From an uncultured Clostridia bacterium (GTDB lineage Bacteria; Bacillota; Clostridia; Christensenellales; Borkfalkiaceae), in the NCBI GenBank assembly GCA_944368775.1, contig CALVXB010000006.1:8196-72195 (forward strand): a stretch of DNA of 64,000 nucleotides, in the 5' to 3' direction. Shown here piece by piece: positions 26,289-35,666 of the stretch; position 1 is the first letter of the stretch; each line of letters starts with the position of its first letter. The position numbers and the translations under genes were made by a program. The notes under the pieces were generated by a model. That model made no database searches. It had not been told where the DNA came from and was given only the letters and a program-made list of their open reading frames with translations.

Positions 26289-26858
26289 ATGTATTGCAAA
26301 TTCTGCGGCAAATGGGTAGAAGGGGAGGGCATGGTCTGCGAAAGCTGCGCCGCCCTCCGCGGCGAGCCCGGCGTGCCCGCCGCCGCCCCGCCTTCACCCG
26401 CACAGCCCCAAGCTCCCGCACAGCCCCAAGCTCCCGCGCCCGCGCAAAAGCCCGCGGCAACGCAGCCCGCGCAAAAGCCCGCGGCAGCGCAGCCCGCGCA
26501 AAAGCCCGTTCCGCCCGCACCCCAAAGCGCGCCGCCCTACTACGGCTATCGCCGCCCGGAGGACGAAAAGCCGCTCAACGGCGTCGGCATCGGCGGCTTC
26601 GTGCTGGCCATCTTCGACCTCCTCCCCATCTGGGAGCTCGGCGTGCGGTTTTCGGACATGGCCGAGCCGCTGCGCAGCTTTTTGTTCTTTTTCCTGCCCA
26701 TGGTCATCTTCCAGACCATCGCCATCGCCCTCTCCGCCCTCGGCCTGCGCACCCGCAAGCAGACGCGCGGCGGCACCTTCGCGGTGGTCGGCATGCTCAT
26801 CGCCGTCGTCGGTCTCGTCATGTTTGTCGAAATGTTCATCGCGGGGCTCATCTTGTAG
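26289..26858 (+). CDS. Zinc-ribbon membrane protein with a Pro/Ala/Gln-rich linker
   Basis: MYCKFCGKWVEGEGMVCESCAAL has a CxxC...CxxC zinc ribbon. A repetitive AQPQAPAQPQAP...PAQKPAA linker follows. The C-terminus has hydrophobic helices. Confidence 0.65.
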   Translation: MYCKFCGKWVEGEGMVCESCAALRGEPGVPAAAPPSPAQPQAPAQPQAPAPAQKPAATQPAQKPAAAQPAQKPVPPAPQSAPPYYGYRRPEDEKPLNGVGIGGFVLAIFDLLPIWELGVRFSDMAEPLRSFLFFFLPMVIFQTIAIALSALGLRTRKQTRGGTFAVVGMLIAVVGLVMFVEMFIAGLIL

Positions 26859-27314
26859 CCGCCCGCCAAAATATCCGCAAAATATGCCCCTTCCGCCTGC
26901 GGAAGGGGCACTTTCGCGCTTTTTCGCCCTTTGCACAGTACTCTGCGCGGCATACTTCGCCGTTTCATATGAAAAACGCGTGGAACGCGGCAGCCGTTTT
27001 CCCGCGCGTTCCACGCCCCGCCCGTTTGTGTGGGAAGGGGAAAAGAGGATTTTACCGCCGCCCCGCCCGCCTCTCCCGCGCACCCGACGGGCGGGCGCGC
27101 CCGGCAGCAAAAGGGGCGCGGCAAAAGCGGCGCTCTGCGCCGCATAGAACTTGTTTCTGCGACTGTTTTATGTAGAAATATTATAAAAGAAGCCCGCCCG
27201 CCCCGCAAATTGCGGGGCGGGCGGGCGATTTTTTTGCCTTGCCCGCTCTGCCGGCCGGCAGGAGAAGGGCGCATCGCCTTGCGGCGGCCGTTCAAATCAA
27301 AGATCGGCGGCCGT

Positions 27315-28313
27315 TCAGCCCAAAAACTCGATGCGGATGTTGCCCATCCCCGTCTCGGCGGTCAGGCGGCGGCTGCCGCCGTCGCGGTCGACGACGTTGC
27401 TCTCGCCCATCTCCGTCCGCACGCGGATGGTGTACGCTTCCTTCGCGCCCGCCAGCGACGCGCGGACGTCGCCCATCTCGCTCGTCAGCTGCACATTCGC
27501 CCCGTCGATGCCCTCTGCGTCGACGTTGCCGACGCTCGCGGAGAGGGAGATCTCCCCCGCGGCGCGCACGTTTTCGGCGTCGACTTTGCCCATATCCGCG
27601 CTCGCGGACACGCTGCCGCCCTCGATGTCTTGCAGCGATATGTCGCCCAAAGCCGCGGCAAAGGCCGCAGAGCCTGCGACGCGCACCGCTTCCGTCTCGA
27701 TGGCGCCCACGTCTGCGCTCGCCGTCACGCTGCCCGCATCCACGCCTTGCAGAGAGATGTCGCCCAAGTTCGCGGTGAAGGCCGCAGAACCCGATACGCG
27801 CACCTCTTTCGCCGCCACGCCGCCCGCGTCCGAGCGCAGCGTCAGTTCGGCCGCCGAAATGCCCTCCGCCGTCACGCTGCCGGCGGAGGAGGATGCGGCG
27901 ATCGCCCCGTACGCTCCGTCGGGCAGCGTCAGCACCAGCTCGGGCGTCTTTGTGCCGAAGCCGACGCCCCATTGCAAAAAGCTGTCCTCTTCGGTCACGG
28001 TCAGCGCGCCGTCCTCTTCGGTGACGGTCACCTCCGCCAGCGCCTCGCCGTCGCCGTCCGTGCGCACGGGGTAGGAGAGGGCAAAGCTCTCCCCGCTCTC
28101 GATGCGGATGTGCGCGTTCTCGTAGTCGATGCGCACCGTTTCGATCTCTCCATGGGCGGTATAGCTGCGCGTCTCATAGTGCGCGCTGTTCAGCGCGGTC
28201 ACGTCCCAGCCTTCCAGCCCCAAACCGACGATAAACAGCGCCGCGCCCGCCAGCAGCAGCGCGCCGCCCGCGCACAAAAGTGCGATCGCCGCGATGCGAA
28301 GTCCCTTGCTCAT
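27315..28313 (-). CDS. DUF4097-like putative adhesin / beta-helix protein with N-terminal membrane anchor
   Basis: Start at ATG 28313 (MSKGLRIAAIALLCAGGALLLAGAALFIV). Repeated beta-strand segments of the form ...G(D/N)I(S/R)L...V.A..V... resemble DUF4097 (LiaG-like). The start overlaps the stop of the upstream gene. Confidence 0.65.
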   Translation of the reverse strand: MSKGLRIAAIALLCAGGALLLAGAALFIVGLGLEGWDVTALNSAHYETRSYTAHGEIETVRIDYENAHIRIESGESFALSYPVRTDGDGEALAEVTVTEEDGALTVTEEDSFLQWGVGFGTKTPELVLTLPDGAYGAIAASSSAGSVTAEGISAAELTLRSDAGGVAAKEVRVSGSAAFTANLGDISLQGVDAGSVTASADVGAIETEAVRVAGSAAFAAALGDISLQDIEGGSVSASADMGKVDAENVRAAGEISLSASVGNVDAEGIDGANVQLTSEMGDVRASLAGAKEAYTIRVRTEMGESNVVDRDGGSRRLTAETGMGNIRIEFLG

Positions 28314-28870
28314 GCCCGTACCTCCTCGCCTTCGCCGCGCGCAAAGTCGGCGATGCTTCTCCACATCCTGTTGCACAGCCGCAGCAGCAGGCGGCTCAAA
28401 AGCAGCGCCGGAACGAGCAGCATCGCCCCCGCGCCGGCTGCCGCCAGAGAGGTGCCGCACAGCGCCAGCGCGCCGCCCGCAAAGCCCTCGGCGGCGAGCG
28501 TCCATACAAAGAAGCCCGCGCCGCCCAGCCCGCCGAGGGCGGTCAGCACAAAGCTCGCGGGCAGGGCGACGAGCACCGCCCACAGCGCCGCCGTCGCCGC
28601 GCAGGCGGGGATGCCCATCAGCACGGCGAGCAGCACCCGCCAAGCGGAGCCGCCCCGCCCCTTTTTGGCGGCGACTCCGCTCTCTGTAAGCAGCGCGCCC
28701 GCCGCCCGCGCGGGGTCGCCCAGATCGCGGGCGATCGCCTCTTCGCTCTCTCCAGCCTCGGCGCGGTCGGCAAACAGCTCGGCGTAGTACTCTGCCGCCC
28801 GCTCCCGTTCCGCCTTGGGCAGGGGCGAGAGCGCCGCCCTGTATCTTTTCAGCCATTGTTTCGCAGTCAT
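28310..28870 (-). CDS. DUF1700-like membrane protein
   Basis: Start at ATG 28870 (MTAKQWLKRYRAALSPLPKAERERAAEYYAELFADRAEAGESEEAIARDLGDP), followed by hydrophobic helices. This arrangement is typical of the partner of PadR regulators. Confidence 0.65.
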   Translation of the reverse strand: MTAKQWLKRYRAALSPLPKAERERAAEYYAELFADRAEAGESEEAIARDLGDPARAAGALLTESGVAAKKGRGGSAWRVLLAVLMGIPACAATAALWAVLVALPASFVLTALGGLGGAGFFVWTLAAEGFAGGALALCGTSLAAAGAGAMLLVPALLLSRLLLRLCNRMWRSIADFARGEGEEVRA

Positions 28871-29181
28871 TGCTTTCCTCCGTCGCGGATGAGCGCGCAG
28901 ATGCGCTCCACTTCCCGCATATCCTCCAAAAAATCGTCGATGCGCGCAAGGCCCGCGTCCGTCACGGCGTAGTACTTGCGCAGCCGCCCGTTGTATTCGC
29001 GGCTGTGTACCGTCACCAGCCCCGCCCCCTCCAGCCGCTTGAGGATGGGGTACAGCGTCGACTCGGAGATGGCCGTGTACGGCGCCATGTCCGCGATGAT
29101 CTTGTACCCGTACGAGGGCTGCTCCCGCAGTACGGAGAGGACGCATACGTCCAGCAGTCCCTTTTTCAGCTGTGTGTCCAT
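28867..29181 (-). CDS. PadR-family transcriptional regulator
   Basis: LDVCVLSVLREQPSYGYKIIADM...STLYPILKRLEGAGLVTVHSREYNGRLRKYYAVTDAG is a canonical PadR wHTH. Confidence 0.9.
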   Translation of the reverse strand: MDTQLKKGLLDVCVLSVLREQPSYGYKIIADMAPYTAISESTLYPILKRLEGAGLVTVHSREYNGRLRKYYAVTDAGLARIDDFLEDMREVERICALIRDGGKQ

Positions 29182-29212
29182 GTCCTCCCTCCAATACTAT
29201 TGAACACATAAT

Positions 29213-29241
29213 ACTATACATTGCGAGGCATTGTTTGTCAA
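29213..29241 (-). promoter_or_regulatory. Promoter of the padR operon
   Basis: On the minus strand: TTGACA (29241-29236), 17-nt spacer, TATAGT (29218-29213). ATAGTAT occurs twice between the -10 element and the RBS. Confidence 0.7.
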
Positions 29242-29383
29242 GCGTTTGGGCGTATGTTTTTTGAAGAAGTTTCGCCTTTCGCCCCGCCTCGCTTTTTTGC
29301 GCGCCCGACGGGCGGGCGCGCCCCGCGCAAAAAAGGGCACAAAAAAGCCCCGCGGCTTTGCCGCGGGGCGGGGGATCGTTTGT

Positions 29384-30739
29384 TTACAGGCGGATCTCGC
29401 AGTATTCGTCCAGCTTTTCGAGCAGCCCGTCCGAGATCTCTTCGCGGAAGGCGCCCAGGTAGGCGAACACGGCGCGGAAGAAGGCGCGGTTGTCGCCGCC
29501 CGGCACATAGGCGGGCAGTCCGTCCGTGCGGAAGGACCGCTCGACGAACAGCCGCTCGAACTCCGCCTTTTCTTCGCTCGTCAGCTCGTCGAGGAAGTTG
29601 TCCGTCTCGCCCCCCTCGGGCAGGGGCGGCAGGGGAGATACGGCCGCGGTGTGCGGCTCGGCGCGCAGGGGTTCGGCGCGGTCTGGCCGGGGGCGGAAGG
29701 GCTCTGCCGGCTGCGTGCGCGCGTTCTCTGCGGCGCGCTCCGCTTCGAGCAGTTCGGCTCTGCCCGCCTCGAGCAGCTCGCCGATGGGTTCGCCGGGGGC
29801 GGCGGGCGCCTCGTCCGGCGGCGGCACATCTTCTTCCCCCTCTTTATCGGGCGCGGCCTTCTTTTGGCGGCCGCGGAAGGCAAAGATGTTCGCATAGACG
29901 AGCTGGCCGAGGGACAGCCCCGCGCCGACGAGGATGCCCGGATGGGCGGCGAGGGCGGCAAACCCCTCCAGCGCGGCGTACAGGGCGGCGGCGAGCAGGG
30001 CGATGACGAACAGCAGGTCGGCGCGCAGCGCGTCGAGCAGGTTGCGGCGGGGCAGGGCGAGGGAGAGGGCTGCCAACGCAAAGTTGGCGAGCGTGCCCCA
30101 GGCGTAGGCGGTCATCGCGGCGGACAGGGCGGCGGCCAGCCCGCTCTCGCCGAAGGAGGGGAAGCCGAACATTCCGTACAGCGTGCGCTCTTCCGTAAAG
30201 GGGAGCAGCCCCAGCAGCAAAAAGGCGGCGGCGAGCAGCAGGGCGATCAGCTTGACCAGCCCGTACCAGCCGAAGGCGGTAAAGGAGAGGGCGACGAGGT
30301 AGACGAGGGAGACCGCCAGCGCGAGCGCCGTCGCGTTGAATGCAAAAAAGGTATCGGGGGCGTAGAATACGTCGGCGAGGGTCAGCCCGTAGTTGTACAG
30401 CAACGCGCCCGTAAAAAAGGAGAAGGCGGCCAGCATGCACAGCCCCTTGGCGTAGTTGAAGGCGAGCGCGCCCTTCTTTTTGCAGAAGAGGGAAGCGGCG
30501 GTGCACACGAGCATGACGGCATAGGCGGCGACGAGCACGTACAGCGACGCGCGCGAGACGCCGTTTCCGATAAAGCTGCCCTTCAGCGCGCTGAGGATGA
30601 GGCCGAAAAAGCTCTCGTCGTAGTACGCGGCGGCGGGCACGAACAGCAGCGCCGCATAGGCGGCGAAGGCCGCCAGAGATAATATCGCCTGTAAAAGCCG
30701 CCCCTCTTCGCGCGCGGGGGCGTGCGCACGATCGTTCAT
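29384..30739 (-). CDS. Hypothetical polytopic membrane protein with a cytoplasmic C-terminal domain
   Basis: 451-aa ORF. About 9 hydrophobic helices, then an acidic/Pro-rich linker and a conserved-looking tail (ETDNFLDELTSEEKAEFERLFVERSF...). I do not recognise a family. Confidence 0.6.
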   Translation of the reverse strand: MNDRAHAPAREEGRLLQAILSLAAFAAYAALLFVPAAAYYDESFFGLILSALKGSFIGNGVSRASLYVLVAAYAVMLVCTAASLFCKKKGALAFNYAKGLCMLAAFSFFTGALLYNYGLTLADVFYAPDTFFAFNATALALAVSLVYLVALSFTAFGWYGLVKLIALLLAAAFLLLGLLPFTEERTLYGMFGFPSFGESGLAAALSAAMTAYAWGTLANFALAALSLALPRRNLLDALRADLLFVIALLAAALYAALEGFAALAAHPGILVGAGLSLGQLVYANIFAFRGRQKKAAPDKEGEEDVPPPDEAPAAPGEPIGELLEAGRAELLEAERAAENARTQPAEPFRPRPDRAEPLRAEPHTAAVSPLPPLPEGGETDNFLDELTSEEKAEFERLFVERSFRTDGLPAYVPGGDNRAFFRAVFAYLGAFREEISDGLLEKLDEYCEIRL

Positions 30740-30896
30740 ACCATCCTTCCTCTGCGCTGCCGCGCATTTTTCTTTATTTTAGTATAAGGGCGCGCCGTTG
30801 TCAAGCGCTTGACGCAAAAGGGGAGGGCCTCCCGCAGACAGAATGTGTTATCCGCGCGAAATTTTGCGCCGCGCGCGCAACCTTTTGCTTTTTTTA

Positions 30897-30925
30897 TTGA
30901 TATTTGCCCGCGTTTGCGCTATAAT
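30897..30925 (+). promoter_or_regulatory. Promoter of the PucR-family regulator gene
   Basis: TTGATA (30897-30902), 17-nt spacer, TATAAT (30920-30925). Confidence 0.7.
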
Positions 30926-30990
30926 AAAGGGGATCCGCGCCCGCAAAAAGGCGGGGCGGCAAGGCGGGCGCCCGCCCGCGGAGGGGAAAA

Positions 30991-32013
30991 ATGATCGCAC
31001 AACTGAAAAAACTCGTGCGCAACGTGTACGAAAACACGGGCATCGAGGTATCGGTGTTCTCGCAGGAGGGTAAGTGCCTGCTCGGCAATGCGGACCTGCG
31101 CCCGCCCGCCGGCGTCGACGGCATCCTGCCCGACAAGGCCGCGGGCATGACGTGGTTCCGCACCCTCGGCCCCGAGGGGTACGTCTGCGGCATCAAGGGC
31201 GTGGGCGAGGTGCAGAAGAATTACGCCTTTTTGCTGTCTGACCTCATCGAGGGGGCGGCGGGGCGCACCGCCAACCTGCCCAAGGGGGAGGGGCTGCGCC
31301 GCATCCTGCTCGGCGAGTGCGCCGCGGCGGACGTCCGCAAGTTCCGCGCCCGCTATTCGGTGCCGGAGGGGCCCTGCTTCGTCCTCGCCGTCGAGGCAGA
31401 CGGCAAACTCGGCGACGTCATCACCCTGCTCGCGCAGTATGCAGAAAGCGGGGCAGACTGCGCCGTCGCGCTCGCGGGCAAAGAGTGCGCCTTCCTCAAA
31501 TTCGTGCAGGCCGAGTCGGAGTACTCCTCGGCGGCAGACTTCGCCTCCTTTCTCGTGCGCTCGCTGCGCGAGGAGCTGGGCGTGCGCGCGCACATCGGCG
31601 TGGGCGGCACCGCCGCCCGCTTTGAAGAAGCCGCCCTCTCTTATCGCCAGGCGAACATGGCGCTGCGGCTGGGCGAGCAGTTCGGCGGGCACGGCGGCGT
31701 GTACAGCTACCGCTCGTATGTGCTCGTAAAGATGCTCGAAGAGATCCCGACCGCCCGCCTGTCCGAGTACTTTTCGGCGCTGCTCGAGGGCGAGTCGCGC
31801 GCGCTGCTGCAAGACGAAGATATGCTCGTCACCGCCGAGCACTTCCTCGAAAACAACCTCAACGTCAGCGAGACTTCGCGCGAGCTGTTCATGCACCGCA
31901 ACACGCTGATGTACCGATTGGATAAGATCGAGCGCATGACGGGGCTGAATTTGCGCAGTTTTTCTGACGCGGTCACCTTCCGCCTCATCACGATTTTGGC
32001 AAAACTCGTATAG
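30991..32013 (+). CDS. PucR/CdaR-family transcriptional regulator
   Basis: C-terminal PucR-type HTH: NLNVSETSRELFMHRNTLMYRLDKIERMTGLNLRSF. Confidence 0.8.
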   Translation: MIAQLKKLVRNVYENTGIEVSVFSQEGKCLLGNADLRPPAGVDGILPDKAAGMTWFRTLGPEGYVCGIKGVGEVQKNYAFLLSDLIEGAAGRTANLPKGEGLRRILLGECAAADVRKFRARYSVPEGPCFVLAVEADGKLGDVITLLAQYAESGADCAVALAGKECAFLKFVQAESEYSSAADFASFLVRSLREELGVRAHIGVGGTAARFEEAALSYRQANMALRLGEQFGGHGGVYSYRSYVLVKMLEEIPTARLSEYFSALLEGESRALLQDEDMLVTAEHFLENNLNVSETSRELFMHRNTLMYRLDKIERMTGLNLRSFSDAVTFRLITILAKLV

Positions 32014-32143
32014 CCCCGCTCTTGCAAAGGGCGGCGGGCAAAGCGGACGGCATTTGCTTCGCCGCAAGAACGCCGCACGCGATACAAATTCACGCCCCGC
32101 AAAGCGCGGGGCGAAGTTATCAAAAAAGATAGGAGCTGTCAAT

Positions 32144-33313
32144 ATGGACGTCTATGAAAGATCGTTGAAACTGCACGAAGAAAAGCGGGGCAAGTTCGAG
32201 GTGCGCTCGCTGGTCGAGGTCAAAGACCGCGAGGCGCTCTCCCTCGCCTATACCCCCGGCGTGGCGCAGCCCTGCCGCGAGATCGCAAAGGACCCCGCCG
32301 CCGCCTACCGCTACACCCGCAAGTGGAACACCGTCGCCGTCGTGTCCGACGGCAGCGCCGTGCTCGGGCTGGGCAACATCGGCGGGCTGGCGGGGCTGCC
32401 CGTCATGGAGGGCAAAAGCATCCTCTTCCGCGAGTTCGCCGGCATCGACGCCATCCCCATCGTTCTCTCGGGGCAGGACGAGGACGACATCGTGCGCGCC
32501 GTCGAGATGATCGCTCCCTCCTTCGGCGGCATCAACCTCGAGGACATCTGCGCGCCCAAGTGCTTTTCCGTCGAGCGCCGCTTGAAGGAAAAGTTGGATA
32601 TCCCCGTCTTCCACGACGACCAGCACGGCACCGCCATCGTCGTTTCGGCGGCGCTGATGAACGCGCTCAAATTGGCGGATAAGCAGCTCTCCTCCGCAAA
32701 GATCGTCATCTGCGGCGCGGGCAGCGCGGGCATCGCCATCGCAAATCTGCTGCTCGAGTGCGGCGCCGAGGACGTCATCCTCGCCGACCGCGGCGGCCTC
32801 GTGTGCGAGGGCGAGCCGTGGCTGACGGGCGCGCAGGCGGAGATGGCGCGGCGCACCAACCGCGCGCACCTGCGCGGCGCCCTCGCCGACGCCGTGCGCG
32901 GGGCAGACGTGTTCGTCGGCGTGTCCGCACCCAAACAGTTGACGGGGGAGATGGTGCGCAGCATGGCGCCGCGCGCCGTCGTCTTTGCGATGGCAAATCC
33001 GGAGCCGGAGATCTACCCGCAGGAGGCGCTGGAGGCGGGCGCGTTCGTCGTCGGCACCGGCCGCAGCGACTTTCCCAACCAGATCAACAACGTGCTCGCC
33101 TTCCCCGGCGTGTTTCGCGGCGCGCTCGACGTGCGCGCCAAAGACATCTCCGAGGGGATGAAGGTCGCTGCCGCCAAGGCGCTCGCAGACCTCGTGGGGG
33201 AGAGCCTCTCCCGCGAATGCGTCATCCCCTCCGCCTTCGACCCTCGCGTCGCGCCCGCCGTCGCCAAAGCCGTCGCCGAGGCCGCCCGCAGCGAGGGGCT
33301 CGCGCGCATCTGA
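32144..33313 (+). CDS. NAD(P)-dependent malic enzyme (short, MaeB-type without PTA domain)
   Basis: Start at ATG 32144 (MDVYERSLKLHEEKRGKFEV). Motifs LSLAYTPGVA, VVSDGSAVLGLGNIG, FHDDQHGTAIV and ICGAGSAGIA are characteristic of malic enzymes. Confidence 0.9.
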   Translation: MDVYERSLKLHEEKRGKFEVRSLVEVKDREALSLAYTPGVAQPCREIAKDPAAAYRYTRKWNTVAVVSDGSAVLGLGNIGGLAGLPVMEGKSILFREFAGIDAIPIVLSGQDEDDIVRAVEMIAPSFGGINLEDICAPKCFSVERRLKEKLDIPVFHDDQHGTAIVVSAALMNALKLADKQLSSAKIVICGAGSAGIAIANLLLECGAEDVILADRGGLVCEGEPWLTGAQAEMARRTNRAHLRGALADAVRGADVFVGVSAPKQLTGEMVRSMAPRAVVFAMANPEPEIYPQEALEAGAFVVGTGRSDFPNQINNVLAFPGVFRGALDVRAKDISEGMKVAAAKALADLVGESLSRECVIPSAFDPRVAPAVAKAVAEAARSEGLARI

Positions 33314-33330
33314 GCGGGAGGAAGCAGCCC

Positions 33331-33732
33331 ATGACCGACCTCGAAATGCTCGCGCTCGCGCGGCAAAATCTCGACCCCGTCATCCGCGGCGAACACTGCG
33401 CGACGGGCTTCGTATCCGCCGTGCTCGAGGGCGCAAACGGCAAGTACTACACGGGCGTCAACATCGACCTCGCCTGCGGCCTCGGTTTTTGCGCCGAGCG
33501 CGCCGCCGCCGCGGCGATGATCGACGACGGCGAGTGCGTCGTCCGCCGCGCCGTGTGCGTGGATAAAGACGGCGCGCCCATGACCCCCTGCGGCAGCTGC
33601 CGCGAGTTTTTGATGCTGCTCTCGCCCGCCAACGCGGGGGCGGTGTTCTATTTGGGGAAAGGGAAGCGCATGACGCTCGCCCAATTTTTGCCCCTCCCCT
33701 GGGAGAACTACGGGCAGGGAGACAACGCATGA
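33331..33732 (+). CDS. Cytidine/deoxycytidylate deaminase-fold protein (CDA / blasticidin-S deaminase-like)
   Basis: Zinc motifs CAERAA and PCGSCREFL. 133 aa. The stop overlaps the next start (ATGA). Confidence 0.75.
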   Translation: MTDLEMLALARQNLDPVIRGEHCATGFVSAVLEGANGKYYTGVNIDLACGLGFCAERAAAAAMIDDGECVVRRAVCVDKDGAPMTPCGSCREFLMLLSPANAGAVFYLGKGKRMTLAQFLPLPWENYGQGDNA

Positions 33733-35537
33733 AGGAAGATAAAGAGGACAAGGCCGCCCGCGCGAAGGAAGTATTGTTCGGCGAAACCAAGCCGGCGGGC
33801 GAGGTAAAGGCGGAGGCCCGCGCCGAGGACGCCGCCCGCGCGAAGGAAGTATTGTTCGGCGAACCCAAGCAGGAAGAAGCGGCAAAGGCGGAGGCCCGCG
33901 CCGAGGACGCCGCCCGCGCAAAGGAAGTATTGTTCGGCGAACCCAAGCAGGAAGAAGCGGCAAAGGCGGAGGACCGCGCCGAGGACGCCGCCCGCGCCAA
34001 AGAGGTGCTGTTCGGTGAGCCCAAGCCGGAAGAAGCGGCAAAGCAAGGCGCCGCCCCTTCGGCGGGCGCGGACAGCGCCCCCGCGGCGGACAAGCCCGCC
34101 GACGATTTGTTTTTTGCGGGCGAGCCGCCCAAGGCCCCGCCCGCCCCGCCCGCCGCGGCTCCTAGCGCCGCGCGGAAAAAGCCGCGCGGCGGCGCGCGCG
34201 CCGTCAGGCGCGCGCTTTGGGCGGTGGCGGCCGTCCTTCTTGCGGCCGCCCTGTTTGCGGCGGGGTACTTTACCTACTACTTCACATTAGACGGCGGTCT
34301 GCGCTCGCTGCTGTGGTTCAAAGAGGTCATCGACGGGCAGTACTACGAGGACATCTCCGACGAAGACTTCTGGAACGCCGCCATCCAGGGGGTGGAGGAC
34401 GGCCTGCTCGACCGCTACTCCACCTACTACTCCCCCGCCGAGCTTGACGACACGATGGCCTCGCAGCAGGGCATCGGCATGGGGGTGGGGCTGTCCTTTT
34501 TTACGGGCACCAACAAGGTGGTTTCGGTCGCCATCGGCTCGCCCGCCTTTTTTGCGGGCGTGCAGGCGGGCATGTACGTCACCGGCGTCGCCGTGGGCGG
34601 CGGGGAGATGGAGGACACCTTCCTCGCGAACGGCTACGGCGGCTATACCTGCACCGCCGCGTCGCAGCTTGCGGGCTTTGCAGAGGGCACGCAGGTGCGG
34701 CTGCGCCTGTCGGCAACTTCCCCCGTCGACACGAGCGCGGATACGACCGGCACGGTCGACCTGACCGTGCGCACCTACAACGAGAGCTACGTCCTCTACG
34801 CGGCGGAAGGCCGCGCTTGGGCGGCGCTCTATCACGAAGATACGCGCGAGTACGTTTGGACGGACGTCAGCGAATACGTCGCCGTCGACGAGCTCGCGCA
34901 GGGGAAAGAGGCGTATTTGCAGCTGCGCCGCTTTTACGGCGCGGCGGCGGGCGAGTTCGGCCTCGCGCTCGAGCAGTTCAAAGAGGACGGCGCAGATACG
35001 CTCATCCTCGACCTGCGCAACGACGGCGGCGGCAGCCTCGACGTCATGCAGGGCATCGCCGTCTACCTGCGCCGCGACGCAAAGGCGAGCCGCGAGGAGG
35101 TGCTGCGCGCCGAGTACGGCAACGGCGCGGTGGATGTATTCTACGCCGAGGAGGACCTCTACGACGAATACCTCGCCGACGCGAACATCAAGGTGATGGC
35201 AAACGGCAACACCGCCTCCGCGTCCGAGGCGCTCATCGGCGTCATGATCTCGTACGGCACCATCGGGTTTGAAGACGTGTACATCACCGACACGGTCGGC
35301 AACGGCAGCGCCGCCACCTACGGCAAGGGCATCATGCAGACCACCTTCGTCAACCGCATCACCGGCGAGGCGGCCAAGCTGACCACCGCCCGCATCTATT
35401 GGCCCAACGGCGTGTGCATCCACGGCACGGGCATCACCACCGCGATGGGCGCCAACCCTTCGCCCGCCGCCAGCTACGGCGAGTTCGGCGACCCCGAGCT
35501 CGCCGCCCTGCTCGCCGCCCTCGCGGCAGAAAACTGA
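33729..35537 (+). CDS. S41-family (C-terminal processing) peptidase with a repetitive N-terminal region and TM anchor
   Basis: Four DAARAKEVLFGEPKQEEAAKAEARAE repeats, then a TM helix (ALWAVAAVLLAAALFAAGYF). S41 core signatures are present (LILDLRNDGGGSL, ANGNTASASEALIGV). Confidence 0.75.
   Translation: MKEDKEDKAARAKEVLFGETKPAGEVKAEARAEDAARAKEVLFGEPKQEEAAKAEARAEDAARAKEVLFGEPKQEEAAKAEDRAEDAARAKEVLFGEPKPEEAAKQGAAPSAGADSAPAADKPADDLFFAGEPPKAPPAPPAAAPSAARKKPRGGARAVRRALWAVAAVLLAAALFAAGYFTYYFTLDGGLRSLLWFKEVIDGQYYEDISDEDFWNAAIQGVEDGLLDRYSTYYSPAELDDTMASQQGIGMGVGLSFFTGTNKVVSVAIGSPAFFAGVQAGMYVTGVAVGGGEMEDTFLANGYGGYTCTAASQLAGFAEGTQVRLRLSATSPVDTSADTTGTVDLTVRTYNESYVLYAAEGRAWAALYHEDTREYVWTDVSEYVAVDELAQGKEAYLQLRRFYGAAAGEFGLALEQFKEDGADTLILDLRNDGGGSLDVMQGIAVYLRRDAKASREEVLRAEYGNGAVDVFYAEEDLYDEYLADANIKVMANGNTASASEALIGVMISYGTIGFEDVYITDTVGNGSAATYGKGIMQTTFVNRITGEAAKLTTARIYWPNGVCIHGTGITTAMGANPSPAASYGEFGDPELAALLAALAAEN
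33753..34058 (+). repeat. 4 x 78-bp in-frame tandem repeat inside the S41 peptidase gene
   Basis: GCCGCCCGCG(C/A)... repeat anchors fall at 33753, 33831, 33909 and 33987, a period of exactly 78 nt. Confidence 0.9.
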
Positions 35538-35666
35538 TTTTTTGCGGAAGAAAATTCCCGTACGGGCGCCCCGCGGCTCTGCCGCGGGGCGCCCGCCTTC
35601 GCTTTCTGCGGGTGCGCGCCGCACGGGGGCGGCGCGCCGGGGCGGGGCGAGTGCAGAGTTCAGAGT

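Noticed and set aside
27030-28787. 585-aa plus-strand ORF opposite the DUF4097/DUF1700 genes
   Set aside because: It is antisense to genes with sensible TM and beta-repeat architecture and RBS-linked, overlapping starts. The translation is Arg/Ala-rich low complexity.
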